This document shows positions 1-10,760 of a stretch of DNA of 64,000 nt, in pieces. How positions within the stretch are numbered: the stretch's first letter is position 1; every line of letters begins with the position of its first letter. The notes beneath the pieces are model-generated. The model saw nothing but the letters and a program-made list of their open reading frames with translations, was not told the DNA's origin and did no database searches. Source of the DNA: an uncultured Bacteroidales bacterium (GTDB lineage Bacteria; Bacteroidota; Bacteroidia; Bacteroidales; P3); assembly GCA_900316965.1 (NCBI GenBank), contig ONEY01000004.1, positions 76,171-140,170 on the forward strand, read 5' to 3'. The position numbers and the translations under genes were made by a program.

Positions 1-239
1 TTTGTGCCGTGATTATTATTGCGTTGCAAAGCAATAAAAAAAATAATAATTCGTTACAGAAAGAACAGCCTTAATATCGACGATAAACAATACAAACTCG
101 TTGTCAAATAATATCTATAGCAATAAAAAAATAAGTTCTAACGTCTATTCTGATCTCCCGATGACTATTAGCGAATAATATTCTTCAAACGTCATCATAA
201 TAAAGAACTTAAACACCAAATTCTGAGATAATACATTAT

Positions 240-1310
240 ATGTCACACATAACTCTGCTGCTCATCTTCCTTCTTGGAGCCATGGCCATATCTTTCTTGT
301 GCTCGATTCTGGAGTCGGTCCTTATGTCCACCCCTCTGTCCTATATTTCCATGCGCGAAGATGCAGGATACAAGCAGGCCTCTCGCTTCAAAGCATACAA
401 AACCGACAACGGCAAACCCATCGCCGCCATATTGTCACTTAATACCATCGCCAACACCATAGGCGCCGCAGGCGTCGGTGCTCAAGCCACTCAAGCTTTT
501 GGCAGCCAATGGTTTGGACTGGTGTCGGCTTTAACAACCATTCTCATCCTGGTCTTCTCGGAAATAATCCCCAAAACCATCGGCACCACCTATTGGAAGA
601 AACTTATGGGCTTCACCACTGGCACCATAAGGTTCCTCATTGTCATCATGTATCCTCTTGTCCTCTTGATAGGACTGCTCACCAAACTCTTCGCTGGCAA
701 GGACGACGAAACCTCCGTTAGCCGCGAGGAGGTCGCCGCTATGGCCGACGTGGGCGAGGATGAGGGCGTACTCGACGAAGACGAGAACAAAATCATTCAA
801 AACGTCATCAAACTTGACGACGTCAAAGCCTACGACGTTATGACTCCACGCGCTGTCGCCGCTGTCGCCCCTGAGTCCATGACTCTCCGCCAATTCTACG
901 AGGAGGAGGAGTGCAGCCACTTCAGCCGCATCCCTGTCTATGCCGACGACCCTGAGTTCATCACTGGATACATCCTGCGCAGCGACGCCCTCGAGGACCT
1001 CGCCGAAGACCATTTCGACAAAACTCTCAAAGAAATAAAACGCGACATCCCTCTCTTCAACGAGGAACAGTCTATTAGCGACATCTGGGAGTCGCTCCTC
1101 AAACAAAAAGTGCAAATCGCCATCATCATCGACGAATATGGTGGTTTCCAAGGCATTCTCACTCTCGAAGACATCATCGAAACCATCTTTGGTCTCGAAA
1201 TTATTGACGAGAACGACGAGGTTACCGACATGCAGCAGTACGCTCGCGAACGTTGGCAGCAACGTCAAAAGAGATTCCAAAAGGTTCACGTAGAAAAAAG
1301 CGAGAAATGA
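240..1310 (+). CDS. CNNM/CorC-HlyC family transporter (DUF21 membrane domain + CBS pair)
   Basis: 356-aa ORF with a hydrophobic N-terminal half followed by CBS-pair-like segments ([32 protein letters not shown]). Its stop overlaps the next start (ATGA). Confidence 0.8.
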   Translation: MSHITLLLIFLLGAMAISFLCSILESVLMSTPLSYISMREDAGYKQASRFKAYKTDNGKPIAAILSLNTIANTIGAAGVGAQATQAFGSQWFGLVSALTTILILVFSEIIPKTIGTTYWKKLMGFTTGTIRFLIVIMYPLVLLIGLLTKLFAGKDDETSVSREEVAAMADVGEDEGVLDEDENKIIQNVIKLDDVKAYDVMTPRAVAAVAPESMTLRQFYEEEECSHFSRIPVYADDPEFITGYILRSDALEDLAEDHFDKTLKEIKRDIPLFNEEQSISDIWESLLKQKVQIAIIIDEYGGFQGILTLEDIIETIFGLEIIDENDEVTDMQQYARERWQQRQKRFQKVHVEKSEK

Positions 1311-2383
1311 ATATAGCAGCATTGGTTTCGGGTGGCGTCGACAGCTCGGTGGTTGTCCATTTGCTCAAAGAGCAAGGCTACGACCCCGCCATCTTCTACA
1401 TCCGCATAGGCATGGAGGCCGAGGACGGCTATATCGACTGCCCCGCCGAAGAGGATATCGAAATAACTAGCTATATAGCAAAAAAATACGGCTGCCACTT
1501 CGAGGAAATTAACCTCCACAAAGAGTACTGGGACAACGTGGTGAGCTACACCATCGACTCGGTCCGCAAGGGGCTTACCCCTAATCCTGACGTAATGTGC
1601 AACAAGCTGATCAAATTCGGCGCCTTCGAAGAAAAATGTGGCAAGGATTTCGATCGTATTGCCACCGGCCACTACGCCACCTCCGTAATCCTCAACTCTA
1701 CAACATTCCTCGCCACCGCCAAAGACCCTCTCAAAGACCAAACCGACTTCCTCACTCAACTCACTTACCCTCAGATAGCAAAGGCCATGTTCCCTATTGG
1801 CCATCTAATGAAAAGCGAAGTCCGTCAAATCGCCCACCAGGCCAAGCTCCCCTCTGCCGAACGCAAAGACAGTCAGGGCATCTGCTTCCTTGGCAAAATC
1901 AACTACAACGACTTCCTGCGCCGCTATCTGGGCGAAAAGGAAGGCAAAATTGTCGAGCTCGAAACAGGCAAAGTATTGGGCTCCCACAAAGGCTATTGGT
2001 TCCACACCATTGGACAGCGCAAAGGCCTCTTCCTCAGCGGCGGACCTTGGTTTGTGGTCAAAAAGGACATCGAGAACAATGTCCTCTATGTTTCTCAGGG
2101 CTACACCCCCGAGGCTCAATATGGCAAAGAAATCGACTTGATTGGTTTCCACTACCTCTCTGCCGATATCTGGGGCGACTTCGACAGCGTCGACGTGAAA
2201 TTCAAAATCCGACACACCCCCGACTTCGCCAATGGCAAACTCTCTCGCAAAGAGGACCCCGTCTATGGCACCATCTACCACATCTCTAGCCAAACCAAGA
2301 TTCAGGGCATTGCCGCCGGTCAATATGCCACCATCTACGATGCCGACGCCCACCTTGTCGTCGCCTCTGGCATGATAGGCTGA
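1307..2383 (+). CDS. mnmA: tRNA 2-thiouridine(34) synthase MnmA
   Basis: PP-loop motif [10 protein letters not shown] sits right after the internal Met. I chose the ATG at 1307 because it overlaps the upstream TGA; the ORF-track start at 1253 is probably an extension. Confidence 0.9.
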   Translation: MNIAALVSGGVDSSVVVHLLKEQGYDPAIFYIRIGMEAEDGYIDCPAEEDIEITSYIAKKYGCHFEEINLHKEYWDNVVSYTIDSVRKGLTPNPDVMCNKLIKFGAFEEKCGKDFDRIATGHYATSVILNSTTFLATAKDPLKDQTDFLTQLTYPQIAKAMFPIGHLMKSEVRQIAHQAKLPSAERKDSQGICFLGKINYNDFLRRYLGEKEGKIVELETGKVLGSHKGYWFHTIGQRKGLFLSGGPWFVVKKDIENNVLYVSQGYTPEAQYGKEIDLIGFHYLSADIWGDFDSVDVKFKIRHTPDFANGKLSRKEDPVYGTIYHISSQTKIQGIAAGQYATIYDADAHLVVASGMIG

Positions 2384-2626
2384 AAAAGCTTTTTAGCATC
2401 TTTTTACGTTGCCAAATAATCGTCCATTCCGCTCGCCATAGTGCCTTCTATTTCGCGTCTTTTCCTCCCTTTTCTGTAATATTTCTGCCCTTTTTCGGCT
2501 CTTTTGAGCCATTTTCCGCACCCATTATGATCCTTTTCTGCCCCTTTTCAGCAATACAATTGTGCTTCTAGTGGTGATTATCATAGAGGAGAACTACGAC
2601 GAAGCTACGACGCAAAGCTAGCGCCA

Positions 2627-2652
2627 GCTAGCGTCCACAAGCAACCCATTCG
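2627..2652 (-). repeat. Inverted partial copy of the locus C repeat motif (locus D)
   Basis: The minus strand cgaatgggttgcttgtggacgctagc aligns to cgaatggggtcgcttgcgggcgctagc at 48652-48678. Confidence 0.6.
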
Positions 2653-2665
2653 AACAATCCGTGAT

Positions 2666-2698
2666 CAAAAAAATGTCAACCAAAATCAGTAAAAGACA
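2666..2698 (-). repeat. 33-nt conserved element (copy 1)
   Basis: The minus strand reads tgtcttttactgattttggttgacatttttttg. It starts 3 nt after the stop of the lipoprotein gene. Confidence 0.85.
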
Positions 2699-2700
2699 CT

Positions 2701-3129
2701 CTACTCCTCAACACGCTGCAGCGTTACATCGAGCGTCTTGGTCGCGGCTCCCTCATACCAATGGCCATCGCCACCTGTGAGCTCCGATCTTGTGAACGAC
2801 ACACCGACAGTATCATTTTCAAACAACCCGTTCTCGCTGCCGTCAATGTCAGCAAAATAGACATCAAACCTACTGACATCGCCCGGTATACTATTCGCCC
2901 TTACGCTATAATATCCATTGGCATCCGTCGTGTCGCAGTAATAGTCCATCTCCACCTTAATCCCACGTATGGCATTGCCGTCGGCGTCTGTAACCTTGCC
3001 TTTGACGTTGAAATCCGCCATCGGACATCCGTATTCCTCCGTCATCTGGTCGCATGAGACATTGATACCCAATACTCCCGCCAACGATATCAGCAACCAA
3101 TTCTTTAGCTTTAGATACTTTATTTTCAT
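2701..3129 (-). CDS. Small putative lipoprotein with a carboxypeptidase-regulatory-like beta-sandwich
   Basis: Signal/lipobox-like N-terminus MKIKYLKLKNWLLISLAGVLGINVSC, then KGKVTDADGNAIRGIKV...DANGYY, typical of CarboxypepD_reg-like folds. Start taken at the internal Met (3129). Confidence 0.55.
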   Translation of the reverse strand: MKIKYLKLKNWLLISLAGVLGINVSCDQMTEEYGCPMADFNVKGKVTDADGNAIRGIKVEMDYYCDTTDANGYYSVRANSIPGDVSRFDVYFADIDGSENGLFENDTVGVSFTRSELTGGDGHWYEGAATKTLDVTLQRVEE

Positions 3130-3203
3130 AAACACAAAGTTCTCTTCGGTCACAAAAATGTAACGCTCACAAACCTCTAAGCCACCCTCTCCTAATGGTC
3201 ATT

Positions 3204-4274
3204 TCATCCCACCGACGCCTTCAGTTTCTCAGCGTTCTCGGCAAGCTGCAGGGCTTCAATACAATCCTCAATGTCCCCATCCATAAATGCCGGCAGGTTA
3301 TGCATCGACCAACCAATGCGGTGGTCGGTAACACGACTCTGAGGATAGTTGTAGGTACGCACTTTCTCCGAGCGGTCTCCTGTGGCCACCATGGTTTTGC
3401 GCTTCGACGACAGCTCCTCCATATACTTGTTATACTCTCGCTCATAAAGTCGCGTACGCAAAATGCTTATAGCCTTCTCCTTGTTCTTTATCTGGCTCTT
3501 CTGATCCTGCATCGACACCACAATACCCGTCGGGATATGTGTCAATCGCACCGCCGAATATGTTGTGTTGACGCACTGGCCGCCAGGACCACTGGCACAG
3601 AATGTGTCTATACGCACATCGCTCATGTTCAACTCAACATCAAATTCCTCCGCCTCGGGCAAAACAACAACGCCTGCCGCTGAGGTGTGGATGCGACCCT
3701 GGGTCTCTGTCGCCGGCACTCGCTGCACTCGATGCACTCCGCTCTCATATTTCAACAAGCCATATACGCCCTCGCCTGTAACCGTGAACGTGATATCCTT
3801 ATATCCTCCCGAGGTCCCCTCATTGAAATCCGTAACCTCTACCTTCCAATGCTTCTTTTCACAAAATCGTGTATACATCCTAAACAGGTCCCCGGCAAAT
3901 ATACATGCCTCGTCTCCTCCCGTGCCTCCTCTAATCTCTACCACAGCATTCTTCGAGTCTGTGGGATCCGCGGGAATAAGCAGCAATCTGATTTCATTCT
4001 CCATCGGCTCGCGACGCTCCTGACATACCGTAAGCTCGTCTTTCGCCATCTCGCGCAACTCCGGATCTTTCTCCGTCTCAAGCAACTCCTTGCACTCGGC
4101 TATACTGTCAAGCAATTCCTTATACTCATGATATGCTTTTACCACAGGCTGCAAATCCTTATAGTCTTTGCTCAACTTCACATATCGTTTCATATCCGCC
4201 GTAATCGCGGGGTCATTCATCTGTTCCTCTATCTCCTGATAGCGGGAATATATAGCTTCAAGTTTATCTAACAT
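3204..4274 (-). CDS. prfA: Peptide chain release factor 1
   Basis: GGQ motif (SGPGGQCVNTT) and the RF1-type PAT tripeptide (RVPATETQGR), in a 356-aa protein. Confidence 0.95.
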   Translation of the reverse strand: MLDKLEAIYSRYQEIEEQMNDPAITADMKRYVKLSKDYKDLQPVVKAYHEYKELLDSIAECKELLETEKDPELREMAKDELTVCQERREPMENEIRLLLIPADPTDSKNAVVEIRGGTGGDEACIFAGDLFRMYTRFCEKKHWKVEVTDFNEGTSGGYKDITFTVTGEGVYGLLKYESGVHRVQRVPATETQGRIHTSAAGVVVLPEAEEFDVELNMSDVRIDTFCASGPGGQCVNTTYSAVRLTHIPTGIVVSMQDQKSQIKNKEKAISILRTRLYEREYNKYMEELSSKRKTMVATGDRSEKVRTYNYPQSRVTDHRIGWSMHNLPAFMDGDIEDCIEALQLAENAEKLKASVG

Positions 4275-4483
4275 ACTATCTACAAAAAAATTATATGGAG
4301 AATCATTATCTCAATTATTTTGCAAAATTACTAAAAAATATTTGATTATATGCTATCTTTAGCTCCACAATGCTCAAAAAACCATATAATAAATCAATTA
4401 TTTATAAAAACATTTGCACACGTCGATTTTTATGTATAATTTTGCAAAATTGAATCTTAATCTTTAATTAAATAAACAACGAC

Positions 4484-6067
4484 ATGTCTAAATTACTTTT
4501 GCTGGGCGATGAAGCCATAGCCCAAGCCTTTATAGATGCTGGCGGTAGCGCCATCAACAGCTACCCGGGAACTCCCTCCACACAGATTACCGAATACGTA
4601 ATCAAATCAAAAGAAGCCAAAGAAAAAGGCATCGTAGCCAACTGGTGCGCAAACGAAAAAACCGCCCTCGAGGCCTCCATCGGTGTCGCTTACGCCGGCA
4701 AACGTGCCATGACATGCATGAAGCATGTGGGTCTCAATGTTTGCGGCGACCCCTTCATGAACGCTGCCATCATCGGAACTAAAGGTGTTATCATAGTCGT
4801 TGCCGACGACCCCTCCATGTTCTCCAGCCAGGACGAACAGGACAGCCGCTACTACGGCCACTGGGCCATGATCCCCATGCTCGAACCCAGCAACCAGCAG
4901 GAAGCCTACGATATGGTCTTCTTTGGCTACGAACTCAGCGAAAAACTGGGCACCCCCATCCTCTACCGCATCCCTACCCGTTTGGCTCACAGCCGCGCCG
5001 GCGTTGAGCGCAAACCCGCTCTCCCTCAGAACCCTCTCACCAGCCCCTCCGACCCTAAGAGCTTCGTCCTGCTCCCCGTCAACGCTAAACGACTCTACCG
5101 CGACCTTATCGACAAACAGCCTGCCTTTACCAAAAGCAGCGAGGAAAGCGGTTTCAACCAATACTTCGAAGGCTCCGACAAAAGCCGCGGCATCATCACC
5201 ACTGGCATCGCCTTCAACTACCTCCAAGAGAATTTCCCCGGCGGCAAGTGCCCCTATCCTGTCGTCAAAATCACTCAGTACCCCTTGCCCTTCAACATGC
5301 TCAACAAGCTCTATGACGAGGTCGACGAAATCCTCGTCCTCGAAGATGGCCAGCCCTTCGTCGAAGAGCACATCAAAGGTTTCCTTGGCAAAGGCAAACC
5401 GGTCCACGGCCGTATCGACGAAACTATCCGCCGCGATGGTGAACTCAACGCCGAAAAAGTCGCCAAGGCTCTCGGCATGAATATCGCCAACGGCCCCGCT
5501 GTCCCCGAGGTGGTCACCAACCGTCCTCCAGCTCTCTGCGTGGGTTGCCCCCACATCGACAGTTATGAGGCTGTCGTCGAGGTTATGAAAAAATACCCCA
5601 ACGGCCGCGTCTTCGGCGACATCGGATGCTACACCCTCGGCTTCAACATGGGCGCCATCAACACAACCGTCTGCATGGGCGCTTCCGTTACTATGGCTAA
5701 GGGCGCCTCTGAAATGGGCATCTTCCCCGCCATCGGCGTCATCGGCGACGGCACTTTCGGCCACAGTGGCATGACTGGTCTCCTCGACTGCGTCAACGAA
5801 AAAGCCAACGTCATCATCATGATTCTTGACAACGACATCACCGCTATGACCGGCGGTCAGCCTTCTAGCGCCAACCAAAAGCTCTTCAACATCTGCAAGG
5901 GCCTCGGTGTCGACCCCGACCACATCCGCACCATCGTCCCCCTCAAGAAAAACCACGACGAGTTCGTCAAGATTCTCGAAGAGGAAATCGCCTACAACGG
6001 CGTCAGCGTCATCATCCCTCAGCGTGTTTGCATCGTTGAGAACAAAAAACGCATTGCAGCTAAATAA
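4484..6067 (+). CDS. iorA: Indolepyruvate:ferredoxin oxidoreductase subunit alpha
   Basis: 527 aa with a TPP-binding GDG...N motif (IGDGTFGHSGMTGLLDCVNEKANVIIMILDNDITAMTGGQ) and a CVGCPH cysteine motif. A small beta-like subunit follows. Confidence 0.85.
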   Translation: MSKLLLLGDEAIAQAFIDAGGSAINSYPGTPSTQITEYVIKSKEAKEKGIVANWCANEKTALEASIGVAYAGKRAMTCMKHVGLNVCGDPFMNAAIIGTKGVIIVVADDPSMFSSQDEQDSRYYGHWAMIPMLEPSNQQEAYDMVFFGYELSEKLGTPILYRIPTRLAHSRAGVERKPALPQNPLTSPSDPKSFVLLPVNAKRLYRDLIDKQPAFTKSSEESGFNQYFEGSDKSRGIITTGIAFNYLQENFPGGKCPYPVVKITQYPLPFNMLNKLYDEVDEILVLEDGQPFVEEHIKGFLGKGKPVHGRIDETIRRDGELNAEKVAKALGMNIANGPAVPEVVTNRPPALCVGCPHIDSYEAVVEVMKKYPNGRVFGDIGCYTLGFNMGAINTTVCMGASVTMAKGASEMGIFPAIGVIGDGTFGHSGMTGLLDCVNEKANVIIMILDNDITAMTGGQPSSANQKLFNICKGLGVDPDHIRTIVPLKKNHDEFVKILEEEIAYNGVSVIIPQRVCIVENKKRIAAK

Positions 6068-6124
6068 ATGTCACAACAGTACGACTCTTTACTCTTGTCG
6101 CACAATTAAATAAAGAATCATCCA

Positions 6125-6688
6125 ATGAAAAAAGATATAATCCTTTGCGGCGTAGGCGGTGACGGTATCGTCTCCGTAGCCAAGATAATAAGCGACGCTG
6201 CCCTCAACCTGGGCATGAACGTCAAACAAAGTGAAATCCACGGTATGTCTCAGCGCGGCGGCTCGGTGTTCAGCCATCTCCGCATCAGCAGCGAACCCAT
6301 CTTCGCCGATGTCATCCCCGAAGGCAAAGCCGACATCATCCTCAGCTCGGAACCCATGGAAGCTCTCCGCTACCTCCCCTTCCTCGCTGCCGACGGCGTC
6401 GTCATCACCAACAGCGACCCCTTTATCAATATCTCCAACTATCCCGACATTGAGAAGGTGAACGCCGAATTGGCTAAACTGCCCAAATGCGTTAGCTTCA
6501 ACGCCAACGCCATCGCCAAAGAGCTCAACGCTCGCGGCAACATGGTGCTTCTTGGCGCTGCAGCACCCTACCTCGAAATCGCTTTCGAGGAACTCGAAAA
6601 AGCTATTAAGGCTATCTTCGGCCGTAAGGGCGATGCCGTTGTCGAAACCAACATCAAGGCTATCCGCGCCGGCCGCGACGCAAAATAA
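6125..6688 (+). CDS. iorB: Indolepyruvate:ferredoxin oxidoreductase subunit beta
   Basis: 187 aa with the GVGGDGI N-terminus typical of the 2-oxoacid:ferredoxin oxidoreductase gamma/IorB family. It lies directly downstream of iorA. Confidence 0.85.
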   Translation: MKKDIILCGVGGDGIVSVAKIISDAALNLGMNVKQSEIHGMSQRGGSVFSHLRISSEPIFADVIPEGKADIILSSEPMEALRYLPFLAADGVVITNSDPFINISNYPDIEKVNAELAKLPKCVSFNANAIAKELNARGNMVLLGAAAPYLEIAFEELEKAIKAIFGRKGDAVVETNIKAIRAGRDAK

Positions 6689-6713
6689 TCTTTTGCATCT
6701 TAAGCCATCTAAT

Positions 6714-6753
6714 AAAAAGAGGGAAGTTCACATCTGACTTCCCTCTTTTTTTG
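6714..6753. terminator. Bidirectional rho-independent terminator between iorB and prmC
   Basis: Hairpin agagggaagt / acttccctct with an A-run before and a T-run after. It overlaps the last codons of prmC. Confidence 0.7.
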
Positions 6754-7633
6754 CCATCACACTTCGCCGACGACCCCTGAAATCATTGTATATCGTCGCA
6801 TTAAAACCTCTCTCCGTCAGCAGCCGCGCCATCGCCTCCCCCAGCTTTTCGTTTATCTCTAGCACCATAAGCCCATCCGCCGACAAATGCGTCTCTGCTA
6901 TTTTGGCTATGGCTCGATAAAAAAGCAATGGATCGCTGTCTGACACAAATAGCGCGCACTCTGGCTCCCAATCCAACACATTGCGGCTCATCTCTCTTCT
7001 TTCACTTTCCTTTACATAAGGCGGATTACTGATGATAAGGTCGTATAACTCAAAATCTCTGTATTCTCTCTCTTCCAAGAGGTCCTTCTTCACAAATCTA
7101 ACCTCTACATTATTACTGTCTGCATTTTGCCGCGCTTTCGCCAATGCTTCCGACGATACATCTACTGCTGTCACTTCTGCCTCTCTCCAATGTTTCGCTA
7201 CGGCTATGGCTATACAACCGCTGCCTGTGCAGAGGTCTAGAACTCTTCGTGGCGGCCTTTCCGACAGCTTATCAAATACGCTCATAACTATCTCCTCTGT
7301 TTCTGGTCGTGGTATCAGCGTCGTTTTGTCAACACCTATGCGACAGCCACAAAAGTCTACATATCCCACAATATGCTGTATTGGCCTATAACGTTTCAAA
7401 TCTTCTGCCGCCCAATAAAAGCGTAGCAAATCCGACTGATTGACGGTAGTGTCTCTATTAATAAGCAACTCGGCATGGCTCCAACCCATAATATCCTCAA
7501 AGAGCATACGAACGAACATCTTTATCTCTCCCTCTGGATATATGCCGGCGAGACTATCAACGTAATATTTTTCTATATCCCTAACTCTGTTCGATGTTAT
7601 GGGCATTGATGTTGTGTTATGTATCTCGTTCAT
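6728..7633 (-). CDS. prmC: Release factor glutamine N5-methyltransferase
   Basis: NPPY motif (IISNPPYV) and SAM-binding VLDLCTGSGCIA. I chose the start at 7633 because it forms an ATGA overlap with the upstream rnhA stop. Confidence 0.85.
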   Translation of the reverse strand: MNEIHNTTSMPITSNRVRDIEKYYVDSLAGIYPEGEIKMFVRMLFEDIMGWSHAELLINRDTTVNQSDLLRFYWAAEDLKRYRPIQHIVGYVDFCGCRIGVDKTTLIPRPETEEIVMSVFDKLSERPPRRVLDLCTGSGCIAIAVAKHWREAEVTAVDVSSEALAKARQNADSNNVEVRFVKKDLLEEREYRDFELYDLIISNPPYVKESERREMSRNVLDWEPECALFVSDSDPLLFYRAIAKIAETHLSADGLMVLEINEKLGEAMARLLTERGFNATIYNDFRGRRRSVMAKKEGSQM

Positions 7634-8298
7634 TTCCTTCCAAAATCGGCTGGTATCTCTCCCCAATGGTCGGTGTCCCATTTGCGTATCTCTGTGCTAT
7701 ACCTGTTATTGTGCAGCCAAGCCTCTGCTCGGTGTATAATATCGTACAACTTTTCCGTATCGGGCGTGAGCGGCAACTTGGTTCGGCATTGTTTTGCTCT
7801 CACCCAATTGATTGCATTTACTGAGTCGGAATACAGAATCTGGCTCATTTTGTTTTTCTTCAAATAAGCCAACCCATGCACTATGGCAAGAAATTCCCCA
7901 ATGTTGTTGGTCCCCACGGGTGCCTTAAAGTGGAACAACTGTGTGCGACTGGCCACATACACTCCTTGGTATTCCATCACTCCTGGATTGCCGCTACAAG
8001 CTGCGTCGACGGCTATGGCATCGAGCTCGGGTTTTGGCCCGGCAACATCTGGTCGTATCGCCGTCATTCCCTGGTCGTCAACAGTGAGCATCGACTCTCC
8101 CTTGGTCTGTCTCTCCACAACCGAAGCCGCCAGCTCTGGACCTATACGGAACGCTTGCTCGGCTAGTGTGCGACTCTCGTAGGATTTGTATTTCGCCCCT
8201 GCCACTCCCTTTATCTGTTTCTCACACTCTGCCCAACTATCGTATATCCCCGGAGCATTCCCCTGCCACACAACATAGTATTTATTCTTTTTTGCCAT
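7630..8298 (-). CDS. rnhA: Ribonuclease HI with an N-terminal hybrid-binding domain
   Basis: N-terminal YYVVWQGNAPGIYDSWAECEKQIKGVAGAKYKSY (RNase H1 N-terminal domain) followed by an RNase H core (AVDAACSGNPGVMEYQGV, NNIGEFLAIVHGL). Start taken at MAKKNKYY. Confidence 0.8.
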   Translation of the reverse strand: MAKKNKYYVVWQGNAPGIYDSWAECEKQIKGVAGAKYKSYESRTLAEQAFRIGPELAASVVERQTKGESMLTVDDQGMTAIRPDVAGPKPELDAIAVDAACSGNPGVMEYQGVYVASRTQLFHFKAPVGTNNIGEFLAIVHGLAYLKKNKMSQILYSDSVNAINWVRAKQCRTKLPLTPDTEKLYDIIHRAEAWLHNNRYSTEIRKWDTDHWGEIPADFGRK

Positions 8299-8311
8299 CA
8301 GTTTTTTTTTA

Positions 8312-8350
8312 GAAAAAAGAGCGGCTGCGTAAATACACAACCGCTCTTTT
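8312..8350 (-). terminator. Rho-independent terminator downstream of tsf
   Basis: The minus strand reads gaaaagagcgg-loop-ccgctc followed by a T-run. Confidence 0.6.
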
Positions 8351-8372
8351 CTATCAATAGTATTCAGAGTAC

Positions 8373-9362
8373 TTATGCGCCAAGCTCAAGACGTTTGAAA
8401 CCGGTGCATTTCAGTTCTTTATCGGTACGGGCGATGAAATCTTTCACGCTGACCTTGCTCTCCATGATATACTCCTGATTCATCAGGGTGCTTTCCTGGA
8501 AGAACTTGTTGAGACGGCCTTTAGCAATACCCTCTACTTTTGCTTCGGGAAGCGATGCGAGAGCCTCGTTAGCAACTCTCTCTTTGATTTCGCGTGCTGT
8601 GTTGGCCTGTTCCTCTGTAATCCAGCCCTTAGCCATATTGGAGTTGATGTGGTCATCGCTGTCAACATGAGCGGGGTTGATACCAGCTTTCTTCAGAGCA
8701 GCCTCGACGGCTTTCTGAGCCAGCTCCTCTTTGGTCTTCTCGCGGTACACATTGAGCTCGCCGTCGATAACACTCTGCGGCACGCTCTGCTCGTCAAGAG
8801 CCACGGGACGCATGGCGACAACCTGCATAGCTACATTGTGTCCAACCTCATCGTAACCAGCCTTGTTCATTCCAACAACAGATGCCATACGGTTGCCCGG
8901 GTGGATATATGCATATACGGCCTCTGCCTCGACAGCCTCGAAGTGAGCAAGCTCTATCTTCTCGCCAATCTTTGCAATCTGGTCGGTAATGCAATCGCTC
9001 ACTTTGCGACCACCAAGGTCCATATTGAGGACATCGTCTTTGGTCATGAGGTGAGCAGCCATGGCGGCGTCGAGAATAGATGTGGTGAAAGCCACAAAGT
9101 CGGCGTTGGTAGCAACGAAGTCGGTCTCGCAGCTAAGCATGATGACAGCACCATACTTGCCTGTGCTCTTTGCCAGGACGCAACCCTCGTTAGCATCGCG
9201 GTCAGCGCGCTTGGCGGCCATTTTCTGGCCCTTCTGACGAAGCAGCTCTATAGCTTTCTGTACATCGCCGTCGCATTCTACGAGAGCCTTCTTGCAGTCC
9301 ATCATACCTACGCCAGTCAATTGACGCAGTTCATTAACTTGTTTTGCTGTGATATTTGCCAT
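8373..9362 (-). CDS. tsf: Elongation factor Ts
   Basis: N-terminal UBA-like MANITAKQVNELRQLTGVGMMDCKKAL; located downstream of rpsB. Confidence 0.95.
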   Translation of the reverse strand: MANITAKQVNELRQLTGVGMMDCKKALVECDGDVQKAIELLRQKGQKMAAKRADRDANEGCVLAKSTGKYGAVIMLSCETDFVATNADFVAFTTSILDAAMAAHLMTKDDVLNMDLGGRKVSDCITDQIAKIGEKIELAHFEAVEAEAVYAYIHPGNRMASVVGMNKAGYDEVGHNVAMQVVAMRPVALDEQSVPQSVIDGELNVYREKTKEELAQKAVEAALKKAGINPAHVDSDDHINSNMAKGWITEEQANTAREIKERVANEALASLPEAKVEGIAKGRLNKFFQESTLMNQEYIMESKVSVKDFIARTDKELKCTGFKRLELGA

Positions 9363-9381
9363 GATAAGTCTAAGCTAAAAA

Positions 9382-10212
9382 TTACTGATTGTTGGTAGGT
9401 GTGCTTTTTCTTCTTGGACGACGGGGACGATTCTCCTCCTGTGCGTCGTTCTTGCTATCATCCTCTGCAACCTCGATGTTATCCTCTACAGCTTCTTCAT
9501 CGACATTGTTGTTCTCTTTGTCGAGCATGCGCTCGTTGAGACCTTCCTGAATAGCCTCAACCATATATTTCAGGATAGCGGCAATCGACTTCGAAGCATC
9601 ATCGTTGGCAGGAATCGGGAAGTCGATAAGGTCGGGATTGGTGTTGGTGTCTACCAATGCAAAAGTGGGGATGTTCAAACGACGAGCCTCTGCCACAGCA
9701 ATGTGCTCCTTGTTGATATCGATAACGAAAAGGGCACTGGGAAGACGGGTGAGGTCTGCTATGCTACCAAGGTTCTTGTCAAGCTTGGCACGCTCGCGCT
9801 GAACCTGAAGGCGTTCGCGTTTGGAGATATTGTTGAAATCCTTGTCGTGCATCATCTGGTCAAGGGCGTTCATCTTCTTCACGGCCTTGCGGATGGTGGT
9901 GAAGTTGGTAAGCATTCCACCAGGCCAACGCTCGGTGACGAAAGGCATATCTACGGTCTTTACCATTTCGGCTACAACGTCTTTTGCCTGTTTCTTGGTG
10001 GCCACGAAAAGAACCTTCTTGCCTGAACGGGCAATCTGTTTCAATGCGTTGGCAGCTTCTTCTGCCTTGGCAATGGTCTTCTGAAGGTCGATAACGTGAA
10101 TACCGTTGTGCTCCTTGAAGATATAGGGAGCCATTTTGGGATTCCATTTTCTTTTGAGGTGGCCAAAGTGGCAACCAGCATCGAGGAGTTCCTCAAATTT
10201 CAATTCTGTCAT
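9382..10212 (-). CDS. rpsB: 30S ribosomal protein S2
   Basis: LLDAGCHFGHLKRKWNPKM signature, in an rpsB-tsf arrangement. Confidence 0.95.
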   Translation of the reverse strand: MTELKFEELLDAGCHFGHLKRKWNPKMAPYIFKEHNGIHVIDLQKTIAKAEEAANALKQIARSGKKVLFVATKKQAKDVVAEMVKTVDMPFVTERWPGGMLTNFTTIRKAVKKMNALDQMMHDKDFNNISKRERLQVQRERAKLDKNLGSIADLTRLPSALFVIDINKEHIAVAEARRLNIPTFALVDTNTNPDLIDFPIPANDDASKSIAAILKYMVEAIQEGLNERMLDKENNNVDEEAVEDNIEVAEDDSKNDAQEENRPRRPRRKSTPTNNQ

Positions 10213-10365
10213 TGTTTACTTTCCTTATTTTTTAATTTTCGCCAACCATAGGGCAGTCCTTTAGGCCGCGTTTTTCGGCTTTATCATGCAGCGCGAACTG
10301 GCAACGCGACGGAGCATCCCAATGGTTTGGATACTAAACTTGTTTTCTCTTTTCGCAGCAGATGA

Positions 10366-10755
10366 CTAACGTTTGCTGAACTGGAAGCGCTTACGTGCCT
10401 TGGGCTGACCGGGTTTCTTACGCTCAACCATACGTGGGTCACGCATGAGAAGGCTTTTTGCTTTCAGAGCGGGACGATCCTCTGCGTTGTTCTCGCAAAG
10501 TGCGCGGGCAATAGCCATACGGAGTGCCTCTGCCTGTCCGGTGATTCCACCACCGTCAAGATTGGCTTTTACATCCCATTTACCTTCAGCGTCAACAATC
10601 TGGAATGCCTGATTGACGATGAACTGTAGCGGACCTGTGGGAAAATATTCTTTATAATCTCTGTTGTTGACGGTGATCTTACCGCTACCTGCCTTCATAT
10701 AGACACGTGCAACAGCGGTTTTTCTTCTACCTATTGTGTTGATTACTTGCTCCAT
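10366..10755 (-). CDS. rpsI: 30S ribosomal protein S9
   Basis: 129 aa with C-terminal KARKRFQFSKR; paired with rplM. Confidence 0.95.
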   Translation of the reverse strand: MEQVINTIGRRKTAVARVYMKAGSGKITVNNRDYKEYFPTGPLQFIVNQAFQIVDAEGKWDVKANLDGGGITGQAEALRMAIARALCENNAEDRPALKAKSLLMRDPRMVERKKPGQPKARKRFQFSKR

Positions 10756-10760
10756 TGTTA

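Noticed and set aside
4607-5956. Long antisense ORFs opposite real genes. Examples: 4607-5956(-) vs iorA, 34374-35621(-) vs EF-G, 25634-26488(+) vs helicase, 43401-44303(+) and 44357-45565(+) vs the di-heme and imelysin genes, 45577-46284(+), 51388-52251(+) vs rsgA.
   Set aside because: Their translations are low-complexity (rich in V, G, D, A, E) with no motifs, while the opposite strand carries clear family signatures. Strong third-position bias removes stop codons from the antisense frames.
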